A stretch of 35,992 nucleotides of DNA from positions 1 through 35,992 of the forward strand of contig CAJVPI010000310.1 in the NCBI GenBank assembly GCA_910592345.1, in the 5' to 3' direction. Below, piece after piece: positions 24,416-35,992 of the stretch. Origin of the DNA: Paraglomus brasilianum. Its lineage: Eukaryota. The notes under the pieces are model-generated. The model ran no database searches, was not told the origin of the DNA, and saw nothing but the letters and a program-made list of their open reading frames with translations. Both the position numbers and the translations under genes were made by a program. Numbering within the stretch: the stretch's first letter is position 1; each line of letters begins with the position of its first letter.

Positions 24416-25489
24416 AGTAATTTAATATTCGTATAGGGGCAGCTTATGTTTGTTCTGGGTAATGTATTGCGCAGACGATGAAAATAGATACCAACATCTG
24501 TATGGAGGTACTGGAACATGTAAACCAAATTGTATGAATTACAGCGCTAACCAAACAATTTAGAGAATGGCAATAATATGCATCGATGTTCAGTTAGAGT
24601 TTATTCATATTCACGTTTATCTTATCTAAACACAAGCATGCAATTCGCATAAAGAATTATTGGTCAGTATTTAACGTTTTTGTCCATACTAATATTAGTC
24701 GTTAGATTTCAATATCACTAATACTGCATATATATTTATGATATATTATAATTACCATCGATGTTAATGAATTAAATAGATTTCAAATGACACACACAAA
24801 ACACTTTCCGAATGCACGTATTTCTAGCGAAAGACGTTAGGGAATACGGTCTTGGAATTGAAAAAAGCCATGTTTAGTGTTCATAGAAAGAGGATGAAGA
24901 GACGGGGGATATCAAAGATGAACTATGGTTTTGCGTCTGACATCATCGAATAAATACGATGGACAACAACCAAAAAACTTACAATTGGAAATATTCGACT
25001 GGCATTTACTAGGCTCTTTAATGTCTTCTCTAATGGTAAATATTCAGTCTGGTAATCTCTAGCTTTCGGCATATGCTGAACTTATTCGAGTTACAGCGTC
25101 GGGAGCTTAATAAGTTGTACGAACGATTATCGATAAAATCCCAGCAACCTTTTTGAGCCATTTATACTATATAGTATATCCAATGTATTAGTGCGTCATC
25201 GAACCAATCGAATTTGGAAATTGCAAATATAAATTTGGTGATACATAGCAAAAAAAAGTAATATCATCTAGCCGTTGATATACCGATAAACTGATTTCTC
25301 ATTTCCAAATTTGGATACAAAGTCACGCTGATGCAGCACGTGGCTGGTGAAGTTGTGTTTGTAACTTCTTCCATATAGAGAAATAAAATTTTTTCATTGC
25401 AGCAAGAATGATTATTTCCCCGCGGGCGTGAGGCTAAGTTGGTTGGTAAGATTCAATCAACCAAAAAATCTACATATTCAAGAAAGATC

Positions 25490-25815
25490 GAGACGAAGTC
25501 GGCGTTGCAGGCAACGTGGATGGACGGACGTTGTCGCCGCGGCGTATTGCTAGATTTCGTGTTAAAGGTGTGGAAACTGGACGAAGCCATCTCGCAGGTA
25601 TGTGATGCTCCTCTATCTTGGTTCCGCGCTAATTTTGTGAGTGAATCTGCCACAGCTATCATCGGGATCTTCATCTTCGGAAAATGATAGCGAGATCCCT
25701 TGCCCTAAATGCGATTTAGCTTTCGCAGGTGACTATTTTTTATGAAAATGAGCACGCGCGTAAAAAGCCTAAGCGTCGTTAACAAGGTATAATGTCAGGT
25801 TCGCGGTCAAATGTC
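25490..25815 (+). pseudogene. Highly degraded TKL kinase relic
   Basis: Ordered motifs ATWMDG..FVLK, then a GTATGT donor, HRDLH, CDLA(F) and IMSGSRS (compare IMGGLRP), with large deletions between them. Confidence 0.45.
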
Positions 25816-28033
25816 TTGCATATCCAGGCATCATATCCAGGCATCATGTATAATTCAATAACAAACTAAGATATCTTTGTAAACGAGAAAGTTTACCGAG
25901 ATCCGTCTACTATTGCACCTAAGAATAGGAGCCTTAAAGGGACAAAAGTGCGTTGCTATTGCTTTGTTTTGCGCTTCCCAAGAGTTACATATTTTTATAC
26001 TATGAAATGCTATGTGTTTGAATTGAAAGAAAAAAAGACACGAATATTCAAGAGCTATTATAAGCCTCCAATGTTTGTCAAGCTTGTAATTAAGAAAATT
26101 TTTATGCCGTAAAAATAATAGAAAGCAAAAAATCCCTGAGTCCCTGTTCAGGAATAAAACCAGTATGAACATTTGCGAATGAAAAGAATATATAGCAGTG
26201 TGATTAGCATCCCAAGCTCGTAGCCGCTATTATACAAACTATAATTTAGATCAATCCGTTATTGACATGTTAATATCAAAAAAAAATTTACCGAAATTTA
26301 TGATCCAATGTCTTAACGGTTATTAGTCATGTTAACAGAAAATATAAGTATGCAAAAGCAATTTCGATAACAAACCGCGCGGGATATCAAGTATGTCATT
26401 AATATGCTAAAACAATGTAAGGCAATGTCTCCGAACTTATACAGTATATCAATTCGTACATAACAATGGAATCCTGTTCCCCTAAACGCATTGGAATGCG
26501 AGTCTATTAGTTGGACAGTATTACGACATTCGATTGCTCAGTTGTATATATTGCACTACCATTGGAAGGTAATAATTACCGTATTGATGAAGAATGTGCG
26601 TCGATTGTTGACAGATTTCGAAAGTATTAACAAAGAACAATTATCATTTGCTCATTCTTCCTAATGACGCACTTATCATTCGTGCTAATTATATTTACAA
26701 GTTACACATTGTTACAAAGAGCTTTTCAACAAAGAAATCGGAGACATGGGCGTAATTGGAATGTTACCGGAATTTTTAACGATCCAGTTGCATCGGTTGA
26801 AGTTAATCACCTGTACGGTGGGCTGTCTGCTCCGGATTCTACTTGTTCAATAGCCTAACAATCAATGGGAGATTACTGTAAGAATATACTCGTATCAACG
26901 CTTTGGCAAGATCCAAGTCCCAGGTAACTGTGCGCAGCATGAATAAACAAAAGCGATAGTCACGCCGGCCAAAGTATTACCTTAAACTTTTATGTTTGTC
27001 AATATGTTGTTCAACCGCTCTGTTGGAGGAAAACCTGCTAGTTCTAATTGTTCCGCTTTTGTCTCTTTTTAATGAGGTCACCCGACACCTGGATTTGCAT
27101 TGTTAGTGTCGATTGTTATTTCAGACCGAATAGTTGAAAGTTAGACTGTGTTGAAGAGTAACCGACGCAAACAATGGTATCAGCATTACATGTGAACAGT
27201 TTCGCCGATAATGCATACAATCCATTTATGGTGGGATACGTAATGACGGCTAATCGAAAATGGATTCTTTGACCGTCCTATTGTGTGCCTACCTGGTATT
27301 TCAAAATCTTAAACTGAAATGAATAAGTATATTATTCAATTGCATGGTTACAACTAGAAACATTTATAGAACAGATATACGTACATACACATACGTGCAT
27401 ACATACAGCATACACATAAAAAAACCAAATTGATTTAATTATATCCATCGACAAATAGTAATATAAATAAATTTGCTCTAAATAATAGAACAGGACAGAT
27501 TTCGTTGAAAAGATCATTAACATCAAAGATTTACGACGAGGTATTTTATAGTACCTTATATCCTCTACCTCGAAGCGAAATAAGGACCTGGTTTACAGCA
27601 AAGGGTGATGGTTGAGGTGGTTGAGGTTGTACGCCCACATCAAGCCAACGGAAGAGAAGAATAACAAGCACATATGTAAGAGACAAAGATTAGACTTTTT
27701 CCTCACACTAAGGCCAGCAACAGTGTTTGCATTGAGATGTTACACATGTCATAAAATTCTTATCAATTGGGGACATACACTGCGATAAATAGAAGGTGGA
27801 TAGTTTACAGGCAGGCTTTACAGTTTATGAGAAAAAAGATCATTGTTTGTGTTACGTAATTATCCATAATATTTTTGTAATGCAATCCCATTTCAGCTGA
27901 GGTCCCCAAACCCGATACAAAACAAGCTGAATTGCGTTTTGGTGCTCATCTTCTGGTGAACACAGGAAACATTGAAACTACCATCTTCGTTCATTGTGGG
28001 CAGTAAACTGCTTGCCTTTGATACTCTCGATCG

Positions 28034-31000
28034 ATGGATCCAAGTCTATATCAACAGCGCCAGCAACAAGACCGTGTCCTGTATTCTCTCCCCGTTAACT
28101 CTCAATCAGGATCTTCTGTTGGTTACCCACAACAATATTTGACATCTGCTTCAGCAAACAATGCAGCTGCATACGTGGGTTCAGGTAATGGCGTTAACTC
28201 TATCATACAGATCGCTGGCAATCGCCCTATATATCCGGCACCAGTAGCCTCAGTCTCTTCGCTTTCAAATAACGGCATGCCTCCAGCTAAACGAGTAGCT
28301 CTGGGCTCACCGTTACAAAATGTGTACCAGAACATCACTTCTAGTCCAATGCAGAACCAATTATATTCCCACTCGGGAAATTTTTCTAACCAAGTACTGG
28401 CTACGGGAAGATCGCCTGGGCAAACACCAACTATGCTGATGGGAAATCCGAACGTAGAGGTGAAACCAACAGCAGGAACAGTTCCTGCTAATCTGTACGT
28501 ATCGCTGGAAAATGCAAACAGATATCATCAAATAGACCAAAAGCTTGCAGTTGGAAATATAAATAATATATTAAATCAACCGCCAGTTCAACAGACGCCG
28601 TCACAAAATACTCCACAACCAAACTTTGTGCAAACGGATGACAGTGATATGTATTGGTTAAATATTGGGGATTTAAACGAAGAGTATGATTTTCCTTTCG
28701 CAGGATCCGATGCAGAATACGTCAATAATGCGTCTGACTTTGCTTGGAACTCGCCAATTCCGTCTAATTTTGATTTAATGTCACACGATTCAAAGCTCTA
28801 TTCATCAATTAGTCAAACTCAGCAGCCATCACAGCAACAGCAGGAAACTGGTGACGATCAGCAGCAAAAATCTCAAGACCTTGACGAACAAAGTCAAGCA
28901 GTGCAGTCACAACAATCATCCCAATCTCATCATCCTATACCGCTGCAAAGTCTACAAAGCCAGCGAAACCAACAGCCTCCTCATTTGATATCGTCACAGC
29001 AATCACAGCAGCAAGAACACCAAGACCAACAGCAGACAAACGAAGATTCGATATATGGCCTTTCTTCCGTTTCAATGATTTCTTCGGGATTAAACGCGCA
29101 AGATTTAGCATCAAAAAACAACCAGCAGTCTACCGTATTATTAGCCAGATCATCCAGTCCTACGATACAAGCTAGCGTAGATTCCCCAAATGCTTTATCT
29201 GAAGTATTTAATAATCAGTCTGATAATCTCGAGCTAGATTCACAAGGTACTTTTTGAATATTCACATTGTTGAAATTTAAATAATGCTAATGACAATAAC
29301 TCTTGATATTATAGTTCCTCTTGCTGTCAGTGAGGGGCAAACCCAGGAATTGTCTACATCAGACACGAACAAGGTAATAAGAATTGACTTTGCGTAAACT
29401 CGAAACCTTAAAACATACTTAATAATAATATATTACATATAGGATGATGAATCTCAACAATCTGCCCAATCCTACCAGTATCCGCATGCCTCAGGATCTT
29501 CTAGCGACTTGTCGCCACCACTCCCGGGTAGTGTGAAAAACGCACCCGATGAGTCACCCAAAGGATCTCCGCAGCCATCACAAGAGACGAACGAATCACC
29601 TATAGTTCAATCTTCATCGCTTTCTCCAACAAAGGATGCACAAGCACCGGCTAAACAAACGCTTAAGAAACCGCAGAAAGTTGCCTATATTCCAAAGACG
29701 AGAACTGTGGATACTTATGGTGGAATTGATTTGCGAGTGTTTGAAAGACTCTCGGTGCCGTTGAACCTTCCAGCATTGTTAGAACTTGGTACGCCAGCTA
29801 TTTAGATGTCTTAAAACAAATTGTAAATCACTTTTTGTCAGCTATTTAATCTATTAATTATCTATCCATCCAGGTGCTGTTGACATTCACGCACTGATAA
29901 TGTCACTCAAGAGTGAAATGAAACTGGAAACGACCACTGCTCTTAATACCTTAACCACGATAACTTGTCAACGCAACCCGATTATTGACATGAAGTTTTG
30001 TGGAGAACTAATGGATGTGTTATTGGATATAATAGTCAAGTATGTTGACCGTGTCAGTGATGGGACAAGAATCAACCTCCATAGTTCTCCAACGCCTAGG
30101 AAATTTAAATCTTATCAAGCATTGCTTCTCCAAGCGAAACAAGAACAAGAAGGATTTTCAGAAGTAGTCTACGAGAAGAAGAATTTGACTGATGAATTGT
30201 ATTCTCTGCGTGAACAATGTTTATGTGTGATGAATCTCATACGAAATTTTTCGTTCGCGGACAATAATCAGATGTATCTTGCGGCTCATCCCAGATTGCT
30301 GTACGTATTGATGCGGACATTATATCTTGGATTAGATGAAGAAGGGGGGGTTTGTGATGTTAGTTCCGATAAAAAGTGCCGGCCAGTAGGAACAACAAGG
30401 ATGCGGAAAAGGGCTTTCGATATATTGGAATGTAGAAAGAGCGTCCTTATCATATTTTCAAATATTGCTTCGTATCTCTCTTTACCATCAGTCAATGTTA
30501 GCAGAGACATTTTGTTAGTAATTGCTGATTTTCTGAGCAACGCCGAGGAATATTATGTAGAAATAGCTTTGGAAGTATTTGCAAAATTATCAGTTGACTA
30601 CGAGAACAGGCAACGAATAGGGGGATGTGACGATGAAACGTTATTATTAATATTTAAGCCATTGTTACATATGTTGCCTTGCGAAGAGAGAATTGTTATG
30701 ACTAGGCATCAGGACTTGGCTCATCTGGAAACAGTAGTAATGGCGATGTATAATCTATCATCTCTAAGTAGAGAAGAGGTTCGAAAGAGTATGGTTGGAA
30801 CGACTGGCTTAATCGGTAGACTATTGAAACTGACGTTGACGTTGGCTCGTAGACAGCCTGAATATGAACAGAATCCATTCTTGGTATTATGTCGGCGCGC
30901 TGTGGAGACTCTGAAAATGGTCTCTAAAGATAATAAGGGAGCTCTCCTTGTACATACTGAACAATTGCTAAATGCGATTCTTAATCCCTATATAGATCTA

Positions 31001-31048
31001 GTAATTGTACAAGAGTTAGAGGCTGCTCTGTATCCTGGTGAATTATGA
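28034..31048 (+). CDS. SWI/SNF subunit Swi1/Sol1/ARID1-like (BAF250 C-terminal ARM domain), about 930 aa; exons 28034-29246, 29315-29373, 29443-29788, 29874-31048
   Basis: YIPKTRTVDTYGGIDL..ELGAVDIHALIMSLKSEMKLETTTALNTL and CLCVMNLIRNFSFADNNQMYLA match Swi1/BAF250_C. Q/N/S-rich N-terminus; 2793 nt spliced. Confidence 0.85.
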
Positions 31049-31596
31049 GTTAGTTTCTGAAGGACACTGACAAATGGCAACATGGATTTTGGTTAAGAGC
31101 AAAAGAAGCTCTGCAATTACATTTAGACAGACTTAACTATTCACATGATCGACAATCAATACTTGGCGATGAAATGAAAACGTAGAGATATGTGTCGTAT
31201 AGTGGAGGTGAAATATCTTTGTTGTATTTTTTTTTTTTTTTTTCGTGCGGCGTTTTTGTTTCCTACTTGTATTATAGTAAATTCTTCTCCATAACTTTCG
31301 CAACAATAATACTATCATATAATTGAACTGTTTCAAAAATGTACACTCAGAGATGCGATTTGAACGTTCCATGAATTTGTACACTTTAACGAAATTTACA
31401 ATGACAATTTTGCATTGATTGTCTAAACATGGTGATCAAGTCTTCCCACAATTACGCAAGCACCATTCCATGATGAAATGCTTATTAACAACGCTCCATT
31501 TTAATCTATTATCATTATTGTACAATAAGAGGTTGTGGAAGTACTTGTAAATAATATTAGAATCTCAATCGAACAATCCAGTTGTACAAGTGTGTC

Positions 31597-32960
31597 TTAC
31601 GGTGTAGGACTTTCGGTAGTTGTAGCTCCTCCAACCATCACATCTGGTATAGCTGTATCGGTCGGGAACGTCGGTGTTGGTACATTAACACTCTCCGCTG
31701 GAGAAGATTCGGTTGTATTATCAGTTCTAGCAATGGATGGAGAGACACCAATAAAACCCCTGCGATCTCTTTTTTTCATAAATAGTTTCCAGTTATTCTT
31801 CAACGCCGCCAATATTCTATCCATTTCCCACTGCTTCTCGTCGTCGGACAGAATGGACGAGAGAATATAAGTCATCTGCAGCATGCGAGCTGCAGTGTCA
31901 GTCACGGGAATTCCAGAGTCAAAGTCATGAAAAAGTTTGTTGAAGGCGTCCTCGACTCTGTTTCCCATCGGCAGGATAACATCGTCTCTGAATGCCATCA
32001 ACACTAATCGTCGCACGCTGAATTCATCACTTCCAGAAGTCAAAATGGTCAATGGAAGAAAGACCACTTCAAAATATGGAACGACTGTTCCAAAATAGAA
32101 TGACCATACCTCTACAAGTCGTGATACTAATTTCTCATCAGGTACTCCACTGAGTCTACTATTCAAAGTAGCCATACCACACGATAGCGGGTCACGGATA
32201 TCTTCGCATAGCGTTTCTGGAGAACGTTCACCCAAGTATAATCTTGGTTTGTCGCAGACGGACAGAAATTAGTTAATCGGGAAGTAACTTGTTCGGTGGT
32301 CGATACAATCTCGGGGGAAGAGGGAAGGGGGAAGGGGGAAGGGGGAAGGGGGAAGGAGATCAAGTGAACCAATTAACTAGAACGGCCTACAAACCTGACC
32401 AATTCGTTCAGATCCTCGATGGGCATTTTTAAACCTTCTCCATTAAATAATGGCAGCACTTTTACGCATATTGTCTTCCATCGACTAGCTTGAAAATCAT
32501 ACTCGTAGACGCGCGGAGGATGCGGTACGGGAACAGTTATCAACGGTTTCTCACTAAGGCTAGGTTGTGGACCGGAATTCGGCAAAAAAGGCCCTGACAC
32601 GTAAGACGTAGACGGAGGTCCAGAACGGGGTGGACGGCCAGTCGACAGCGGGTGATATACTTGTGATGTTGGCGGTTGCGCAGTTGGTGGCGGCTGTGGA
32701 GCTACTTGTGTATGCCGTACCGCCCAGGGTCCGTTCCTTTCCGTTGGAGTGGAAGACGCAGTAGACGTCGCTGACTGTGTCTGCGTCATGCCACCGGGAG
32801 ATAAAGTACTATTTATTGGTGCATAGATCGACCCTGGGGAAAGCGTAGAGAAGCTGCTGCTAATAGGCGTCTGTCGGGAATGAGACAAGGATGATGCAGA
32901 CGAATTGGAAGACGTGCTCAGAGAATTATTTGTGGGCGATGAACCGAAAGATTCTGTCAT
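31597..32960 (-). CDS. HbrB-domain protein (Bit61/PRR5/Protor-like TORC2 subunit), about 403 aa; exons 32960-32395 and 32242-31597
   Basis: WKTICVKVLPLFNGEGLKMPIEDLNELVR, LVEVWSFYFGTVVPYFEVVFLPL, VRRLVLMAFRDDVILP, ARMLQM. The start codon is uncertain. Confidence 0.85.
32313..32356 (+). repeat. (GGGGGAA)n polypurine repeat in the HbrB intron
   Basis: Six G-runs separated by short purine linkers (mostly AA). Confidence 0.85.
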
Positions 32961-33521
32961 CGATTCAATATTTTTGGGAGGATTATGGTCTGCTTTACAG
33001 TCTGCTGGAATTTATCATAACATGGCATGTGGTTTACAACCAATCAAATAAGGATCGATGTTTTTCTAATTATTCGCACATTCTCTGGAATTTTAAATGG
33101 TAAACTAGAAATTCTGGTAATGTGTACTCTCGCCTAATATAAGGTTGGAGGATACTTTCTGGCTTGATACTTAGCCGTAGTTAATATACGATATCTTGAT
33201 GATAATTAGTTACTTGAATAGTTCCGAAGAAATCGACGAAAAATTATGCAACTACAATTGATGAATAATACCAAGTGGTTTCTTTGATAACGGCATAGGA
33301 TAATGTTCAGAATTTATAGTGACTCGCGTGTATTGAAAAGTTACCACACCAGATAGTGCGTCAGATGAACAGACCTCTCGTGATGATAGTACACTTCAAC
33401 TTGACAGTATTTTCTACCTTTAAACATCAATACCTGCCGTTCCATACGCTATCTGACTCGTCGAGAAACAATCAATTAATGAACTTTCTTTGGTAAGTAC
33501 CCTTCAGCAATTTTGAGGCCT

Positions 33522-34135
33522 GGTTTTGTAAAAGACCCGGGTACTATTTTCGAAAAAATCAACATTATCGAGTAAAGTACCCGGGTATTATAAACGAATA
33601 ATCCCACTGTAATAGTAAAATTATCCATATAACAGTACAGTCAAACCTCGTTATACCGATATTTTCGTTCCGCCAAAAATTTATCGGTGAAGCGGGGATC
33701 GGTAGATTAAGATCGGGTTTTTTCTTTTCTATCGATAATATATGAGTGATACGCGAAATATCGATTATCAGGGGTGTTAGACGAAGGTGTCAAGCTTTAT
33801 TGTTTACTTGTATAGACTAACAGCTGCGAATAAAATTATCAATAGATGTTTGCTTTTTCTTTGAAATAGAGTGAGTTAATATAACTCGTTGCCCCTTCGC
33901 TAAAGGCTTACTATTTCCTGTTTTGCGTTAATATTAAGCTGTTCAACATTCACACCAGGATCATAAAATACAGAAAGATCAACCAATCGTAATGCTTGAC
34001 TTCATTCCAATTTGGTAAATGCTACACAATTATCGGTAGAGCGGGGAGACTTAATATTAATAGTAAATGGCATTGATGTATCGGCACAAAGTTTATAGCG
34101 GGTTTTATTATAATTTATCGGTATAACGGGGGAAA
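33522..34135. mobile_element. Nested pogo-type MITE remnants
   Basis: 33522-33560 resembles the right end of the 19736 MITE; ACCCGGGTACT/AGTACCCGGGT inverted repeat; TA-CAGTCAAACCTCGTTATACCGAT terminus at 33638; internal TATCGGT..(A/G)CGGGG repeats near 33682, 34032 and 34116. Confidence 0.6.
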
Positions 34136-34167
34136 TTTTCTATCTAAATTTTGGGGTATAACGATAA

Positions 34168-34593
34168 ACGGAGTGACACAAAAATTTAATAGTAAAACAT
34201 ATAAAAAGTCTTTGTTTTTAAAAATCTCTCCTGCTCTTGTGTACTATGTGAAGTGCAATAATTTTTGTATAGTTCTGAAGTTAATTGATTATGCTTTTCG
34301 AGAAAATAACAATAAAATTTTACAAGTTGTCACTATTAAGCTGTAGCAAGTTGAAGCAGCTGTCTTTAAATCACGATGAAAATATATGTATAGCATGTAT
34401 ACTCACACTTCGTCGAGCTATTAACTATAACAATAATTTATAAAATTTTATTGTTATTTTATTATTTTATTTTATTTGAAAAGCATAATCAATTATATTA
34501 GCTTCTGAACCATACAAAAATTATTGCACTTCAAGAGCATCAAAAACAAAGACTTTTTATATGTTTTACTATTAAATTTTTGTGTCACTCCGT
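34168..34593. mobile_element. Foldback / long inverted repeat element (426 bp)
   Basis: Perfect 52-bp outer arms (34168-34219 vs 34542-34593) plus further imperfect inner complementarity. Confidence 0.85.
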
Positions 34594-34639
34594 CAATTCC
34601 CTTCTCCCATCAAAATACCCCCCTGATGAAGTACCGGGG

Positions 34640-34663
34640 TACTTTAGTCAAGAAAATACGGTA
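34640..34663. mobile_element. Solo right TIR related to the 19736 MITE
   Basis: TACTTTAGTCAAGAAAATACGG-TA vs TACTTTAGTCCGAGAAATACGG-TA. Confidence 0.65.
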
Positions 34664-35014
34664 TTTTTTCGAAAATCTATTGTACGCATTTACTATTACT
34701 ATTACTATGTATTTTTCGAAAAAATGTCGATTAGTTATTGTAAACAAGGAATAGTAATAGTTCGATGTTACACATGAAAAATTATATGTGATACCACCCG
34801 CTTCGTGGCTTCGGAGAATATATCGCTATTTTTTTTTCATATTATTATTTCAAACACAAATAATTTCTAATTTAACCTACAACTGCAGCGCAGACTCAAG
34901 AATGAATATATCAATTCTAATTTAGAAAATTTTATTATATAAAGTTCAGCGTAAATTATAAATACACGTCCGTTTTTCATTGATCAACTAGATAGTATTT
35001 ATTCAAACTCTCGG

Positions 35015-35405
35015 CCATTATTTTGCACTGTTGATATGAACGAAGCCGTCTTGGCATATATGTGTATAGCAATTTTATTTCCGTTGATAGATGCCGTTAA
35101 ACTTGCATCGTTACGGCCGTTAAGGCTATGCAGCAATATCATGAAAAGAGTGGCTATATGTCTTTGAGGGATATGAGTGGATTGATGATTCATCGCTTTA
35201 CGACCTAAGGTTTTAGTTCTTACAGGATATTCTTCAATCGGAAGATTCGAGCAGGTGTGGGATCTGCTTTTATCGCATCTTGTCTATATTCTAGTCCATC
35301 TGGAAAAGAACTGGTATGAAACAAAGTCATCATCCGGCGGTGCTGAAATGCTTCGAACCGAGCTCGAATGTTGCTACGTATTTTATTCAGGAACGATTAG
35401 CATTC
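35015..35405 (+). pseudogene. MON2-like gene fragment, convergent with kinase copy 3
   Basis: Reverse-complement similarity to ~1190-1590, including exact GAGCAGGTGTGGGATCTGCTTTTATCGC and GATATGAGTGGATTGATGATT. Translates LFCTVDMN, ILFPLIDAVKLAS, MSGLMIH. Confidence 0.6.
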
Positions 35406-35529
35406 TCATAAACATAGTCTCAAGATTTAAATAATGTATCATACACGTATTTTCTTATATCGTCCCGGCAAAGGTGACTAATACTAACAGTAAACGTGCA
35501 CAATTTTATTTCGGCATCTTGTGAACTCA

Positions 35530-35992
35530 ACCATATTGACATACGTGGAAGCACATCGTATAATTCGAAGAGGAGCAAACCTTTGAATAAAACTCGTATA
35601 ACTGTAAATAAGCCCGTTTAATTACAAGTTTATTCAAAAAAGAGTTTGAGTCTCTAAATTATAAGAAATGCATAATGTTAATATTGTAAATTGACTTTAT
35701 TTGTATCAACGTGTAAACCATACCTGCAGCTGAATCCATATCATGGCTATTTCTTGGTTTAGAGCGTACTAGAATATTTACTCTCCTTCCCGAGACGTTA
35801 TAAGGGTTTTACATAATTATAATAAACGGAATTCCACGTGTTGTCATCAGAACTGATCCTTCTAATAAGCTTGTCAATATCATAAAAAAGTTCTTCTGCA
35901 CTTGGACGCTTATTATTATCAGGATCAGCATCACAACACCGCTCGGCAAGTTTCTTGTATTCCTCTGGTGCGGAATCAGGCATCGGTGGTCG
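35530..35992 (-). pseudogene. TKL kinase copy 3, 3' end only (runs off the window); tail disrupted
   Basis: MPDSAPEEYKKLAERCCDADPD is identical to copy 1. TCA to TAA nonsense change at 35798-35800 and a ~20-bp deletion near 35760; last intron/exon relic still alignable. Confidence 0.75.

Noticed and set aside
24830..25110. Possible Sel1-repeat relic (EYGLGIEK)
   Set aside because: A single short motif with no continuous frame.
26664..26858. Possible Asp-box/BNR relic (GRNWN)
   Set aside because: Needs a frameshift to build the motif; too weak.
30286..31870. Antisense ORFs over the Swi1-like and HbrB genes and the intergenic ORF 31133-31384
   Set aside because: Shadows of real genes or low-complexity UTR sequence.

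Overview
Intron-rich, AT-rich fungal nuclear DNA. The expanded tyrosine-kinase-like (TKL) kinases with WTxxN...WIP pre-kinase motifs point to an early-diverging fungus, most likely Glomeromycotina (inference). Conserved genes I could splice by hand: SR splicing factor Srp1 (3625-4834), rps6 (6592-7789, with a 9-nt microexon and no C-terminal phospho-serines), an orphan coiled-coil protein (10836-12381), cks1 (20536-21384), a Swi1/ARID1-like SWI/SNF subunit with no ARID domain (28034-31048) and an HbrB/Bit61-PRR5-like protein (31597-32960). The accessory DNA holds three copies of a TKL kinase gene (1-918, 15080-17581, ~35530-35992). Each is followed tail-to-tail by decayed MON2-like coding sequence, suggesting a co-duplicated cassette. 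The only full-length kinase has four tandem kinase N-lobe modules and one C-lobe, and its catalytic Asp is replaced by Asn. Also present: a deleted Tc1 element whose left TIR was flipped by a 218-bp inversion, several pogo-type MITEs and foldbacks, and other relics. No rRNA, tRNA or CRISPR was seen. All family assignments come from remembered motifs, not database searches.
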